From a bacterium (GTDB lineage Bacteria; Patescibacteriota; Minisyncoccia; Phycocordibacterales; UBA2100), in assembly GCA_030674455.1 (NCBI GenBank), contig JAUSGQ010000002.1:6207-70206 (forward strand): 64,000 nt of DNA. The letters run 5' to 3'. The notes beneath the pieces are model-generated. The model worked only from the letters and a program-made list of their open reading frames with translations. It made no database searches and was not told the origin of the DNA. Shown piece by piece: positions 38,325 through 47,379 of this stretch (positions within the stretch are counted from its first letter, which is position 1; the number at the start of each line of letters is the position of its first letter). The translations under genes were made by a program, and so were the position numbers.

Positions 38325-38834
38325 ATGAAAGCCATTCTCAAGACAAACAAAGGCGACATTACCCTCGAATTCATGGAAAACGACGCGCCGAACACGGTCG
38401 CAAATTTTGTGAAATTAGCAAAAGAGGGATTTTACGATGGCACGAAATTCCATCGTGTCATCAAAGATTTTATGATACAGGGTGGCGACCCGCTTTCAAA
38501 AGATGACTCGCAAATTTCGCACTGGGGAACCGGAGGTCCGTCAACAGGTGCCGATGCCAAACTCATCGGCCCGGGTTACTCCTTTGCAGACGAGATACAT
38601 GCAAATAACCGCAATGAAATAGGAACGATTTCCATGGCAAATGCGGGGCCGAATACGAATGGTAGCCAATTCTTCATCAATGCCGCAAATAACAATTTTC
38701 TCGACACAAAACACACTGTCTTCGGTAAAGTGTCGGAAGGCATGGATGTTGTGGCAGAGGTAGAGAACACCCCCGTAGATTCAAGGGACATTCCCGTCTC
38801 ACCCGCAGTTATCCAGAGGATTGAGATACAGTAA
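38325..38834 (+). CDS. Cyclophilin-type peptidyl-prolyl isomerase
   Basis: FHRVIKDFMIQGGDP, SMANAGPNTNGSQFFI, HTVFGKV. Confidence 0.95.
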   Translation: MKAILKTNKGDITLEFMENDAPNTVANFVKLAKEGFYDGTKFHRVIKDFMIQGGDPLSKDDSQISHWGTGGPSTGADAKLIGPGYSFADEIHANNRNEIGTISMANAGPNTNGSQFFINAANNNFLDTKHTVFGKVSEGMDVVAEVENTPVDSRDIPVSPAVIQRIEIQ

Positions 38835-38892
38835 CGATTTCGCTCCCCTTGGCTGATACAATAGAGGCATTAATAGCCTAGTGTCTTTTGCT

Positions 38893-39264
38893 ATGGATGA
38901 AGCCTTGCTCGCATCAAAATTATTAGGAACCTATCTGGTAGTCAGCGGATTATTTCTCGTTCTGCGCGGGAAAACGTTTCCGAACATACTTAAGGATTTC
39001 TTTGACCATCCCGCTATCGTGTATTTGACGGGCGTTCTATTGATAGTCCTTTCATCGCTCTATCTCATCGAGAATAATGTCTGGGATGGAACATGGCGCA
39101 CGGTCATTACAATTGTCGCATGGGCGGTCTTCATCAAGGGAATAGCATATATCTTTGCACCAAAGGCACTCCACAAAATGGTAAGCAAGAAGCTTCTAAA
39201 AACGGTCAATCTCTACGGCCTTGTCGCCATCATCATCGGCATGTCCCTGTTTTACATCGCCTGA
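38893..39264 (+). CDS. Four-TM membrane protein
   Basis: Hydrophobic ORF with four TM segments. Confidence 0.7.
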   Translation: MDEALLASKLLGTYLVVSGLFLVLRGKTFPNILKDFFDHPAIVYLTGVLLIVLSSLYLIENNVWDGTWRTVITIVAWAVFIKGIAYIFAPKALHKMVSKKLLKTVNLYGLVAIIIGMSLFYIA

Positions 39265-39287
39265 TGCGTGGGCGGTTTATCAAATCC

Positions 39288-39890
39288 ATGATTAAGCGCT
39301 ATTTTCCGCACATACTGTTGGGAATTTACATCGTCGAATTTATCATTGCGGGGATAGAACCATTTTCTCGGGATGTTTGGTATGCAGAAAATGGGCCGAT
39401 CGTATTGCTCGTTGCTGTTCTTGTATATCTCTATTCCAGAAATATCCGGTTTTCAAATACCGCGTACGCGCTCATGTTCATCCTGCCGTTCTGGCATACC
39501 ATAGGCGGCCATTACACATTTGAACGAGTGCCTTTTGACTGGTTCAACGATTTCTTCGGCTTTGAAAGAAATATGTACGACCGCATCGGCCATTTCGCGG
39601 TCGGCTTTTATGCTCTTCCTATTATTGAATATCTGACGGAGAGAGGGCTTGTCGCAAAAAAATGGATAGCGGTGACGTATGCCATTTTCGCGATGGCATT
39701 TGTGGCCGTTTTCTATGAGTGGATCGAGTGGTGGTTTGCGGCGATATGGGGAGGCGACGCCGGTGCCGCATTCTTGGGTTCCCAGGGAGACATCTGGGAC
39801 GCTCAAAAAGATATGCTTATGGACGTGCTTGGTGCCGGTTTGGCGGCCATTATCTACGCAGCAGGGAATTGGAAACAGAGATTGAGATAG
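39288..39890 (+). CDS. DUF2238 family membrane protein
   Basis: GGHYTFERVP, RNMYDRIGHF, FLGSQGDIWDAQKDM. Confidence 0.88.
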   Translation: MIKRYFPHILLGIYIVEFIIAGIEPFSRDVWYAENGPIVLLVAVLVYLYSRNIRFSNTAYALMFILPFWHTIGGHYTFERVPFDWFNDFFGFERNMYDRIGHFAVGFYALPIIEYLTERGLVAKKWIAVTYAIFAMAFVAVFYEWIEWWFAAIWGGDAGAAFLGSQGDIWDAQKDMLMDVLGAGLAAIIYAAGNWKQRLR

Positions 39891-39909
39891 TTGCGGACTG
39901 CGCTACTAT

Positions 39910-40218
39910 ATGAGCATGCCGACGATAAAAAGAATGCACTTGACGATGAAGGTATATTTGCTGGTCGCAACAGTCGTTCTTGCCGTTGCGGTCATTCTTC
40001 TTATGCTGTCGCCGCTTATTTTCCCGCCCTTAGTAGAGATTGCCGTGGCCCTTGATGCGACGGCGATGTTAAGCACGAGGAGCTTCGCGGTAACGATTGC
40101 GCTGGTTCTTCTCATTGGTTTTCTGCCGGTGTTGATCGTAGGTTCTACTCTGTATGCCTACATTGACGGACTGCTCGCCAGAAAAAACGGCATCGGAAGC
40201 TCCGTTCACGCACGGTAA
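39910..40218 (+). CDS. Hypothetical two-TM protein
   Basis: 102-aa ORF with two hydrophobic segments. Confidence 0.5.
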   Translation: MSMPTIKRMHLTMKVYLLVATVVLAVAVILLMLSPLIFPPLVEIAVALDATAMLSTRSFAVTIALVLLIGFLPVLIVGSTLYAYIDGLLARKNGIGSSVHAR

Positions 40219-40398
40219 TTGTGGGTGTTGCCTTCCTCCTTTAACGCGATTCTTCGCGTCTTCATGATGGTCTACATCGAAATCACATCATTGAAGGACT
40301 ACTATTGGAGCATTGGTCGGTAAATGGAATGGGACCGAGAGCCGTTCCAATTAGCTGGAGTAAGGTTTACCTTATCAGCATTAATCACAAACAAAAAT

Positions 40399-40575
40399 AT
40401 GTGGCAAAATTGGACAAATGCAGTACTCGGACTTCTCGTAATCTTAGTTGCATTCATGGGACTCCAAGGTTCTTCGCTCACGTGGACGCTCGGAATTCTT
40501 GGTGCCGCTATCGCCTTAATGGGGTTCATAGGGGCTAGTGCGACAAATAGAAGTGCGACACACAAAACAGCATGA
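40399..40575 (+). CDS. Small two-TM protein (SPW-repeat-like)
   Basis: MWQNWTNAVLGLLVILVAF. Confidence 0.6.
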   Translation: MWQNWTNAVLGLLVILVAFMGLQGSSLTWTLGILGAAIALMGFIGASATNRSATHKTA

Positions 40576-40743
40576 GAGGAAACCGGATGAGCCATGTTCC
40601 CGCCTGCTCCCGACCAGCGGGAGGGCGGGCAGGCCCGCGTGCGCCGAGCCTCGTCAGTATCTCGGTATGATGGGGCTTCGGCTGGCGGTCGCGGCAGGAT
40701 TGATGGCGCAATACTCATTAAAAAACATTAATAATTAATTACT

Positions 40744-41175
40744 ATGGCAATAATAAAATGGGAACCACTAAGCGAATTGGATCGGATCTTCGAAGACAGA
40801 TATTTTCCCGCCATCTCGTTTCCTTCCATCTCATCTAAATTCGGATGGGACATCTCGGTGGACATGTATGAGGAAAAGGGGAATCTAATAGCAAAAATGA
40901 CGCTTCCTGGTATTAATCCGGACGATATTGAGATATCGGTCGAGGAAGACAGACTGCGCATTTCGGGAAAACGTGAAGAGGGAAAAGAGACAAAAGACAA
41001 GAATTACTACAGCAAGAAGATGCGGCGCGGTTCATTCTCGCGCGTACTCTCTCTTCCTAAATCCGTCGACGCGTCAAAAACCTCTGCGGAATACAAGGAT
41101 GGGATTCTTCAAGTTACCCTGCCGACAACCGGTGAAACAAAAAGTAAGGCAGTGAAAGTGCGGGTAGCACGATAA
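40744..41175 (+). CDS. Hsp20/alpha-crystallin small heat-shock protein
   Basis: VDMYE, LPGI, GSFSR..LP, AEYKDGILQVTLP. Confidence 0.93.
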   Translation: MAIIKWEPLSELDRIFEDRYFPAISFPSISSKFGWDISVDMYEEKGNLIAKMTLPGINPDDIEISVEEDRLRISGKREEGKETKDKNYYSKKMRRGSFSRVLSLPKSVDASKTSAEYKDGILQVTLPTTGETKSKAVKVRVAR

Positions 41176-41187
41176 TCTGACATTGTT

Positions 41188-41403
41188 ATGCGCGCTTTCC
41201 AGGCAAAGAGAATGAAAGACGAGATCAGGCGCTTGATGCGGCTGACGCGTCCGCCGCGCATGGAAGGAGTCGTGAAAGAGGCGATGATGCAGCCGGTTCG
41301 GAAGCCGAAAATGTCGCGGGAGGAACCGCAGCGGCCGCGCAAGACGCAGGTAAGCACAGAGCAGCGCAAGGAATACCATTTGGCCGACCGGAGGCAAAAA
41401 TAA
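41188..41403 (+). CDS. Small basic hypothetical protein
   Basis: Fills the gap between hsp20 and the PRTase gene in the same orientation. Confidence 0.4.
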   Translation: MRAFQAKRMKDEIRRLMRLTRPPRMEGVVKEAMMQPVRKPKMSREEPQRPRKTQVSTEQRKEYHLADRRQK

Positions 41404-41419
41404 TCTCGTACGCTCGCAT

Positions 41420-42058
41420 ATGTTTAAAGACAGGCAGGACGCGGGGCGCCAGCTCGCGGATAGGCTCTCGAAATACCGCCACAGCGATTCTGTGGTACTC
41501 GCACTCCCGCGCGGAGGTGTTGTGACAGGTAATGAAGTGGCCATAGCGCTCGGCTTGCCGCTTGATATTGTAGTAATCCGGAAAATCGGCCATCCATATT
41601 CCCCGGAATACGCGATAGGAGCGGTAGATGATAAAGGAACCACTATTTTTAATGATGCTGCCGCGGCCGCAGTGGATAAAGAGTGGCTTCGGAACGAGAC
41701 GAACAGGCAAAAAGAAGAGGCAGTGCGGCGCAGGGATATTTATCGCAGCGGAGACGAACCGATAGAGATAGCCGGCAAAACTGCGCTCATCGTTGACGAT
41801 GGTACAGCGACAGGGCTCACGATGCGTCTGGCGGTGCGAGCGGTGAAAGCGCGCAAGCCCGCGCGAATCGTAGTCGCACTTCCCGTGGCGCCGGCGGCGG
41901 CAATTGAACTTTTATTAAAAGAAGCAGATGAAGTCGTTGTGCTGGAACCACCGGATAAATTCCTGGGGGCTGTTGGTTCGCACTATCTTAGTTTCGAGCA
42001 GGTTGAAGATGAGGAGGTAATTCGATTACTCGGAGGCGGCAATGTAGAGGGGAATTAA
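41420..42058 (+). CDS. Type I phosphoribosyltransferase family protein
   Basis: FKDRQDAG, LPRGGV, IVDDGTATGLT. Confidence 0.9.
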   Translation: MFKDRQDAGRQLADRLSKYRHSDSVVLALPRGGVVTGNEVAIALGLPLDIVVIRKIGHPYSPEYAIGAVDDKGTTIFNDAAAAAVDKEWLRNETNRQKEEAVRRRDIYRSGDEPIEIAGKTALIVDDGTATGLTMRLAVRAVKARKPARIVVALPVAPAAAIELLLKEADEVVVLEPPDKFLGAVGSHYLSFEQVEDEEVIRLLGGGNVEGN

Positions 42059-42092
42059 ATGTTCAGCTGGCGGCGATTCAGCTGGCGGCGAT

Positions 42093-42121
42093 TTGACAGG
42101 ATAAGCGAGATATGTTATTAT
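42093..42121 (+). promoter_or_regulatory. Sigma70-type promoter
   Basis: ttgaca-17nt-tattat, preceded by a 15-bp tandem duplication. Confidence 0.65.
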
Positions 42122-42233
42122 CGTTTTTACTCTTTAACTTTCTCGACCATTCCGGTTGAGCCGTCCGCGCGGACCCGCGGAAACCCGAAACCAATGTCAT
42201 TAGGGCAAAGGTTTCAAATGGCAAGGAGGCCAT

Positions 42234-43007
42234 ATGCGTATCGTAATTACCCAAATCGAAGCGCCGGCAGTTGCCGAAGCTGTATCGAAAGCGGATGCGA
42301 CTTCGTTCCGTCTTGACGGTAGCCACGACGACAACATCTGTGTCGTGGCAGTGAATGGAGCTCAACGTTCTATTCGCAACTTTGAGTTTCGGCACTGGAA
42401 GGTTGGCAGGAGCAGTGAACGGAAGGGAGAAGATCCCGGACCGCTTCCCGTGATTGAAGAAATCGCCACTGCGGCGATTCTTGAAACACGGGGCCATAAC
42501 GGCTCGAATCAACGGGACCGTTCGCACCTGCGTCTTTTCGTGCGTCGTTCGGACGCCATCTTCCTCGTCCTCGACATAATGGAAGTTGGCCCCGAGGCAG
42601 GGAACGTGCCGTTCAAAGCGTTGTCCCTGAAAGATGCGATTTTGCAAGCGAGGCGCAAGATAAGCGTCAAGATTGAGGACAATCTCCATGACGATATCTG
42701 GTGGGGGAACGGCGGGAAATCTTGTTCGGGGATTCGGAGTTGGAACCTGGGCAGGCACATAGGTGCCGACGAGTGGAAATTTAACCCAGAAAATCACTCG
42801 CTCTGGTTCCAAAGGGCAGCAGAAGAGACGGGTAACGTTCTGAGGGAAATTCGCTCACTCGCCGGACGTTTTGGCGAAGTAAGCAGTTTCCGTCACACCG
42901 CCGCTGTTTGGAAACTGTTATGGCCGGAAACTCCCCTCGGCGATCTGATGAAAAATCTCAGCCTTCAAATGGGAACTCAGGTCGAAACTGAACTGGTCAT
43001 AAAGTAG
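42234..43007 (+). CDS. Hypothetical protein
   Basis: 257 aa; aaggagg RBS, upstream promoter and downstream hairpin support this strand. Confidence 0.7.
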   Translation: MRIVITQIEAPAVAEAVSKADATSFRLDGSHDDNICVVAVNGAQRSIRNFEFRHWKVGRSSERKGEDPGPLPVIEEIATAAILETRGHNGSNQRDRSHLRLFVRRSDAIFLVLDIMEVGPEAGNVPFKALSLKDAILQARRKISVKIEDNLHDDIWWGNGGKSCSGIRSWNLGRHIGADEWKFNPENHSLWFQRAAEETGNVLREIRSLAGRFGEVSSFRHTAAVWKLLWPETPLGDLMKNLSLQMGTQVETELVIK

Positions 43008-43110
43008 CAAAGTAGCATTGCCGAATATCGGCACGGCCCCAATATCCGCAAGGTGAGGGGCTTTGTTTTTAATAGCTGACGTTACTGAAAGGTCTGACCT
43101 TCACAGAAAA

Positions 43111-43332
43111 TCAAACTCTTGCAGTAAGCGAGAAGGGTAGCCCCGCAGGAATCTTTGCGCTTTGCGCGCGCCGTGAAGCATTGATGATAGTAAATCCTCG
43201 AACAGTCTTTGTTCGTGGATTTACGCGGAGCAGAACATCACCTTTTGCTTCGATGGTCTCATCGGCTACGCTCGGCGCACCATTTGAGAAGTAAAATACG
43301 TCGGCCTCTTTGTCGTAGAAGTACTTAATCAT
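43111..43332 (-). CDS. DUF2283 family protein (putative antitoxin)
   Basis: YDKEADVFY...GDVLLRV....VRGFTIIN. Confidence 0.82.
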   Translation of the reverse strand: MIKYFYDKEADVFYFSNGAPSVADETIEAKGDVLLRVNPRTKTVRGFTIINASRRAQSAKIPAGLPFSLTARV

Positions 43333-43335
43333 AGT

Positions 43336-43617
43336 CTATAGAATACTGCGTTTCGGCTTTTTCGCAAGGTAGGCGGTAAGGATGAACGGGTATCTCGTAA
43401 CCTTAACGACGATGGCGAGATACTTTTTTCGGCGTGCAAGCAAGCGATAACAAATAATGACAGTCGAATCATGCAGGGAAGCAACAGCAATGTCTGGATG
43501 TTCCAATGTTTCGGCGAAGCGAGAGAGGCAATGCGCGACGTCGGGATGAAAGGTGAGTATATGCGCTTTGCGCTCATCAGTCAGCGTGACAATTCCATAT
43601 GGAGAGTTAAATCTCAC
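43336..43617 (-). CDS. Putative RelE/BECR-like toxin paired with DUF2283
   Basis: LTDERKAHI..HP...TLEHPD...KYLAIVVK....ILTAY. Confidence 0.7.
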   Translation of the reverse strand: MRFNSPYGIVTLTDERKAHILTFHPDVAHCLSRFAETLEHPDIAVASLHDSTVIICYRLLARRKKYLAIVVKVTRYPFILTAYLAKKPKRSIL

Positions 43618-43664
43618 TGCTCCATTGTATCAAACTTGTTATCTACTGACTGGATTTGGGACGA

Positions 43665-43693
43665 TTGACAGCCGATTTGAGACATGCTATACT
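43665..43693 (+). promoter_or_regulatory. Sigma70 promoter of the cold-shock gene
   Basis: ttgaca-17nt-tatact with extended TG; ~90-nt 5' UTR. Confidence 0.75.
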
Positions 43694-43792
43694 TAAGCAA
43701 TCAAATCAGCGCTGATCCAGAGAAGTGAGGATCGAGCTTCCACTCCAGCTTACTGCCTTTGATATATTAGCCAAACATTTTTTCTCATTGCT

Positions 43793-43996
43793 ATGCAAAC
43801 AGGAACAATTGCCCGTCTTACCGACAAGGGATTCGGGTTCATCAAGCGAGAGGGACAGGAGAGAGATCTCTTCTTCCACTCCAACGAGCTCGTCGGCGTT
43901 ACGTTCGACGAACTTCGCGAAGGTGATACGTTGACATTTGAAGTCGCGGACAGCCCGAAGGGCCCCAACGCGGTCAAGGTCAGCAAGGTCGTTTAA
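43793..43996 (+). CDS. Cold-shock domain protein
   Basis: KGFGFI (RNP1), LFFH (RNP2), KGPNA. Confidence 0.95.
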   Translation: MQTGTIARLTDKGFGFIKREGQERDLFFHSNELVGVTFDELREGDTLTFEVADSPKGPNAVKVSKVV

Positions 43997-44010
43997 GATT
44001 TACAATCTTG

Positions 44011-44043
44011 CACAAAACGCCGCGTCTGACGCGGCGTTTTGTG
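44011..44043 (+). terminator. Intrinsic terminator
   Basis: cacaaaacgccgcgtc-t-gacgcggcgttttgtg. Confidence 0.8.
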
Positions 44044-44099
44044 TTTTTGGGTTAATTTGAGGTGTGTGTCAATAAGGGTATACTTAATCAACAAATTCT

Positions 44100-44909
44100 A
44101 TGAAAATATTTATCATTGGTTTTGGACATATGGGGCAGGCAATCGCGCAATCTTTGCGCGCTCTGCCTGTGCGTGGCACGCAGACAGGTTCCAAATCACA
44201 CTATGATATTTCCGCCACGAGCCGCGATGCCCGCCTGAAAGCAGCTTCTTCGGCGCTTGCCGTCACGCCCGATTTGGAATGTACAGGTCTTAAGGATGCC
44301 GACGTGGTCATTCTTGCGGTCAAGCCCCAAGATTTAGCAGAAGCGGCAAAACAATACAAGAGCAATGTTTCCGCAAACGCGATTTTGGTTTCAATCGCGG
44401 CGGGCATCACGCTCGCGAAGATAGAGAAACTTTTCGACCACAAAAAAATAGTGCGGGTCATGCCCAATATCGGACTCTCGGTGGGCGAGGGCATTTCTGC
44501 GTGGAAAAGTTCCGGGCTTTCATCCGACGATGAAAAAAATGTACGACAACTGCTGAACGACATTTCCGAGAATTTTGAAGCGAACGATGAGCAAGAGATT
44601 GATGCGGTAACGGCAATTTCCGGAAGCGGTCCGGCATATTTCTTTGTTTTTGCTGCAGCTCTTCTAAAATCGGCTAAAGCTCTTGGACTCGCAGACAAGG
44701 AGGCTCGCGCATTGGTGGGAAAAACATTTTCCGCTGCCGCAGCTCTGCAGAAAGGCGCAGATTACGAAGATTTGATTAAGAGGGTCGCTTCCAAGGGCGG
44801 GACGACGGAAGCCGCATTGCGTGTTTTTGAAAAGAATAATCTTTCCGGCATCGTCGAAGAGGCGACTAAGGCGGCGTATGACCGCTCAAAAGAATTGAAT
44901 GAAAAGTAA
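44100..44909 (+). CDS. proC: Pyrroline-5-carboxylate reductase
   Basis: IGFGHMG, AVKPQ, RVMPN, SGSGPAY, SKGGTT. Confidence 0.93.
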   Translation: MKIFIIGFGHMGQAIAQSLRALPVRGTQTGSKSHYDISATSRDARLKAASSALAVTPDLECTGLKDADVVILAVKPQDLAEAAKQYKSNVSANAILVSIAAGITLAKIEKLFDHKKIVRVMPNIGLSVGEGISAWKSSGLSSDDEKNVRQLLNDISENFEANDEQEIDAVTAISGSGPAYFFVFAAALLKSAKALGLADKEARALVGKTFSAAAALQKGADYEDLIKRVASKGGTTEAALRVFEKNNLSGIVEEATKAAYDRSKELNEK

Positions 44910-46176
44910 CATCACACAATTAAAAAAGACAAAAGCGACGAGCGCGCAGCTCGGTCTTTTGAACCATGCGGCGCGGAATGCGATCCTTCTCGATATTGCA
45001 AGGGCACTCCAGGGCGCTCGCGGGGAGATACTTGCGGCAAATAAGCGCGACCTAAAAGCATTCAAGGGGTCAGATGCAATGCGCGGGCGCTTGGTATTGG
45101 CGGAAGAAAAGCTGGAAAAATACGTGCGCGGCATAGAAGAAGTGACAAAGCTTCCGGATGCCCTCGGTAGGATATTGGACGAACGGACGCGCCCCAATGG
45201 ACTGCGCATACAGAAAGTGAGCGTACCGCTCGGGGTCATCGGAATCATATACGAATCGAGGCCGGAGGTTACCATTGACCTGGCGTCGCTCGCTCTCAAA
45301 ACCGGAAATGCCATCGTACTCAAAGGAGGTAAGGAAAGTTACCTTACGAATCGCGCGATTGTCTCTTGCATACACGCTGTTTTGAAAGCGCATCGAGTTT
45401 CCTCGGATGCAGTATTTCTTGTTGACCCGAAAAGCGATTGGAAAAAAGAGCTGTTGAACGCCCATGGCCTTATAGACCTGCTTGTGCCGCGCGGAGGAGC
45501 GGGTCTGATACATTTCGTTCGCGAGAATTCGCGCATACCCATTATTGAAACAGGCGCGGGAGTGTGCCACATACTCGTTGATGAATCGTACAACGTAGAA
45601 AAAGCGGTTCCGATAATCGTTAACGCGAAAGTCCAATCTCCTGGCGTATGCAATGCGCTCGACACGCTCGTCGTGCATGAAAAAATTGCTTCCCAATTAT
45701 TGCCTCGTGTTGCGGCAGAACTTGCACAGTATGGAGCCGAGATTTTTGCCGACCCGCAAGCGTTCAAGATTTTATCCGCCGAAGGCGGATCCGCCTACGG
45801 CGGAAAAGCAAGAACCGGATTCTTGAGAAAAGCGCGTCCGGAAGATTTCGGACACGAATTCTTGTCGCTAAAAATGGCTGTTAAAACAGTTAAGAGTTTC
45901 GCGGAAGGACTCGCTTTTGTGCAGAAACATTCCTCTGCTCACACGGAAGCGATACTAACCGAGGATGAAAAGCATGCGCGCAAATTTTTGAGCGATATCG
46001 ATGCCGCCGTTGTCATTCATAATGCGTCTACCAGATTTACCGACGGCGGAGAATTTGGCATGGGAGCGGAAGTAGGCATCAGCACCCAAAAACTCCACGC
46101 ACGCGGGCCTATGGGCATAGACACGCTTACGAGTTATAAATGGATTCTGCGCGGCGACGGGCAGATAAGACAATAA
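44899..46176 (+). CDS. proA: Gamma-glutamyl phosphate reductase
   Basis: VPLGVIGIIYESRP, CNALDT, NASTRFTDG, STQKLHARGP. Confidence 0.95.
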   Translation: MKSNITQLKKTKATSAQLGLLNHAARNAILLDIARALQGARGEILAANKRDLKAFKGSDAMRGRLVLAEEKLEKYVRGIEEVTKLPDALGRILDERTRPNGLRIQKVSVPLGVIGIIYESRPEVTIDLASLALKTGNAIVLKGGKESYLTNRAIVSCIHAVLKAHRVSSDAVFLVDPKSDWKKELLNAHGLIDLLVPRGGAGLIHFVRENSRIPIIETGAGVCHILVDESYNVEKAVPIIVNAKVQSPGVCNALDTLVVHEKIASQLLPRVAAELAQYGAEIFADPQAFKILSAEGGSAYGGKARTGFLRKARPEDFGHEFLSLKMAVKTVKSFAEGLAFVQKHSSAHTEAILTEDEKHARKFLSDIDAAVVIHNASTRFTDGGEFGMGAEVGISTQKLHARGPMGIDTLTSYKWILRGDGQIRQ

Positions 46177-46310
46177 TACAAAAATTAAAAGTCAGAAATC
46201 AAAATGTAATGTAAAATGAAAAAAGAATCAATTCAATCAGAATTCCGCGTATCCAATTTTGAATTTTGATTTGTCATTTTGCATTTTGGTTTTTACATTT
46301 TGAATTAACT
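46177..46310. repeat. AT-rich gene-less element with A-rich left arm and complementary T-rich right arm
   Basis: caaaat/aaaatg units opposed to attttg/catttt units, roughly 7-nt periodic. Confidence 0.65.
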
Positions 46311-46314
46311 TCGT

Positions 46315-47091
46315 ATGTATAGAAAAATAGTCATAAAAATAGGGACGGGCGTGATTTCCAGAAAAGACGGGAAGCTTGATTCACGCGTGCTTAAACTTTT
46401 AGTTGACCAGTGTGCGCAGCTGCGAAAGAGCGGCATTCAAACGGTCATCGTGACGTCTGGCGCCGTGGGAACCGGCAGAGGGCTCATCACCATAGAAGAC
46501 GGCGCGACGAGCGTTATCAAAAAACAGGTCTATGCCGCCGTGGGGCAGGTGAAGCTCATGAGCATGTACGCGAAGTACTTCGCAAAGCACGGGATTTTCT
46601 GTGCGCAGATTTTGGCGACCAAAGAGGATTTTCGCGACAAGGAACACTATCAGAACATGAAGAATTGTATGGAAAATCTCATGCGCGACAACGTCGTGCC
46701 TATCGTCAACGAAAACGACGCGGTCGCCGTTGCAGAGCTCATGTTTACCGACAACGACGAACTGGCCGGCTTAATTGCGACCCAACTTAATGTAGATGCC
46801 GTCATAATTCTCACGAGCGTGGATGGCGTTATCGCGGGCAAACCAACAGACAGGAACGCGCGCGTTATTTCGGAGATTCCGTTCGCTGATATTTCTTCTT
46901 TTGAGAAATATGTCATGCCGGACAAATCAGAATTCAGCAGAGGCGGGATGCTGACGAAATTTAAAGTTGCCAAAGAGTTGGCGGAGAAGGGAATTACAAC
47001 TCACATAGCAAATGGTCTCACTTCTGGCATCCTTTCGGATATTCTCGCCGGAAAATCAGTCGGTACCAAATTCCTTCCGAAGGACAAATAA
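46315..47091 (+). CDS. proB: Glutamate 5-kinase lacking the PUA domain
   Basis: VIKIGT, TSGAV, AAVGQ, NENDAV, DNDELA, GGMLTK. Confidence 0.93.
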   Translation: MYRKIVIKIGTGVISRKDGKLDSRVLKLLVDQCAQLRKSGIQTVIVTSGAVGTGRGLITIEDGATSVIKKQVYAAVGQVKLMSMYAKYFAKHGIFCAQILATKEDFRDKEHYQNMKNCMENLMRDNVVPIVNENDAVAVAELMFTDNDELAGLIATQLNVDAVIILTSVDGVIAGKPTDRNARVISEIPFADISSFEKYVMPDKSEFSRGGMLTKFKVAKELAEKGITTHIANGLTSGILSDILAGKSVGTKFLPKDK

Positions 47092-47273
47092 CGAAGTTAG
47101 CAAACATACTTACAAACTTGAGAATGTGAGGATGTCCGTTTGAAGAATCGGAAATTGCTCCCACTTTCTTATTCCAGTGTTTGCAAAACACTGGAATAAG
47201 AAAGTATGCGGGGTGTGGATATCGTCTAAGCACCTCTCGTGCCAGGGCTTAAAAAATGTAGTACACTGGCGCA

Positions 47274-47375
47274 ATGATACGCGTCGCAATTAACGGATTC
47301 GGCAGGACCCCGAAGGAAAGCAGAACTTACTACGGGGCGAGCATTAAGACGGATGGTACGTCAGTATCAATGTAA
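47274..47375 (+). pseudogene. gap 5' stub (33-codon ORF)
   Basis: MIRVAINGFGR, then a ccccgaag..ctacgggg hairpin; stops 4 nt before the intact gap. Confidence 0.75.
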
Positions 47376-47379
47376 CACT

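Noticed and set aside
40576-40743. CIRCE or ROSE element before hsp20
   Set aside because: No TTAGCACTC-N9-GAGTGCTAA; the hairpins present look like repeat-family derivatives or a terminator
42078-42812. 244-aa minus-strand ORF
   Set aside because: Antisense to the plus-strand ORF that has the promoter, RBS and terminator
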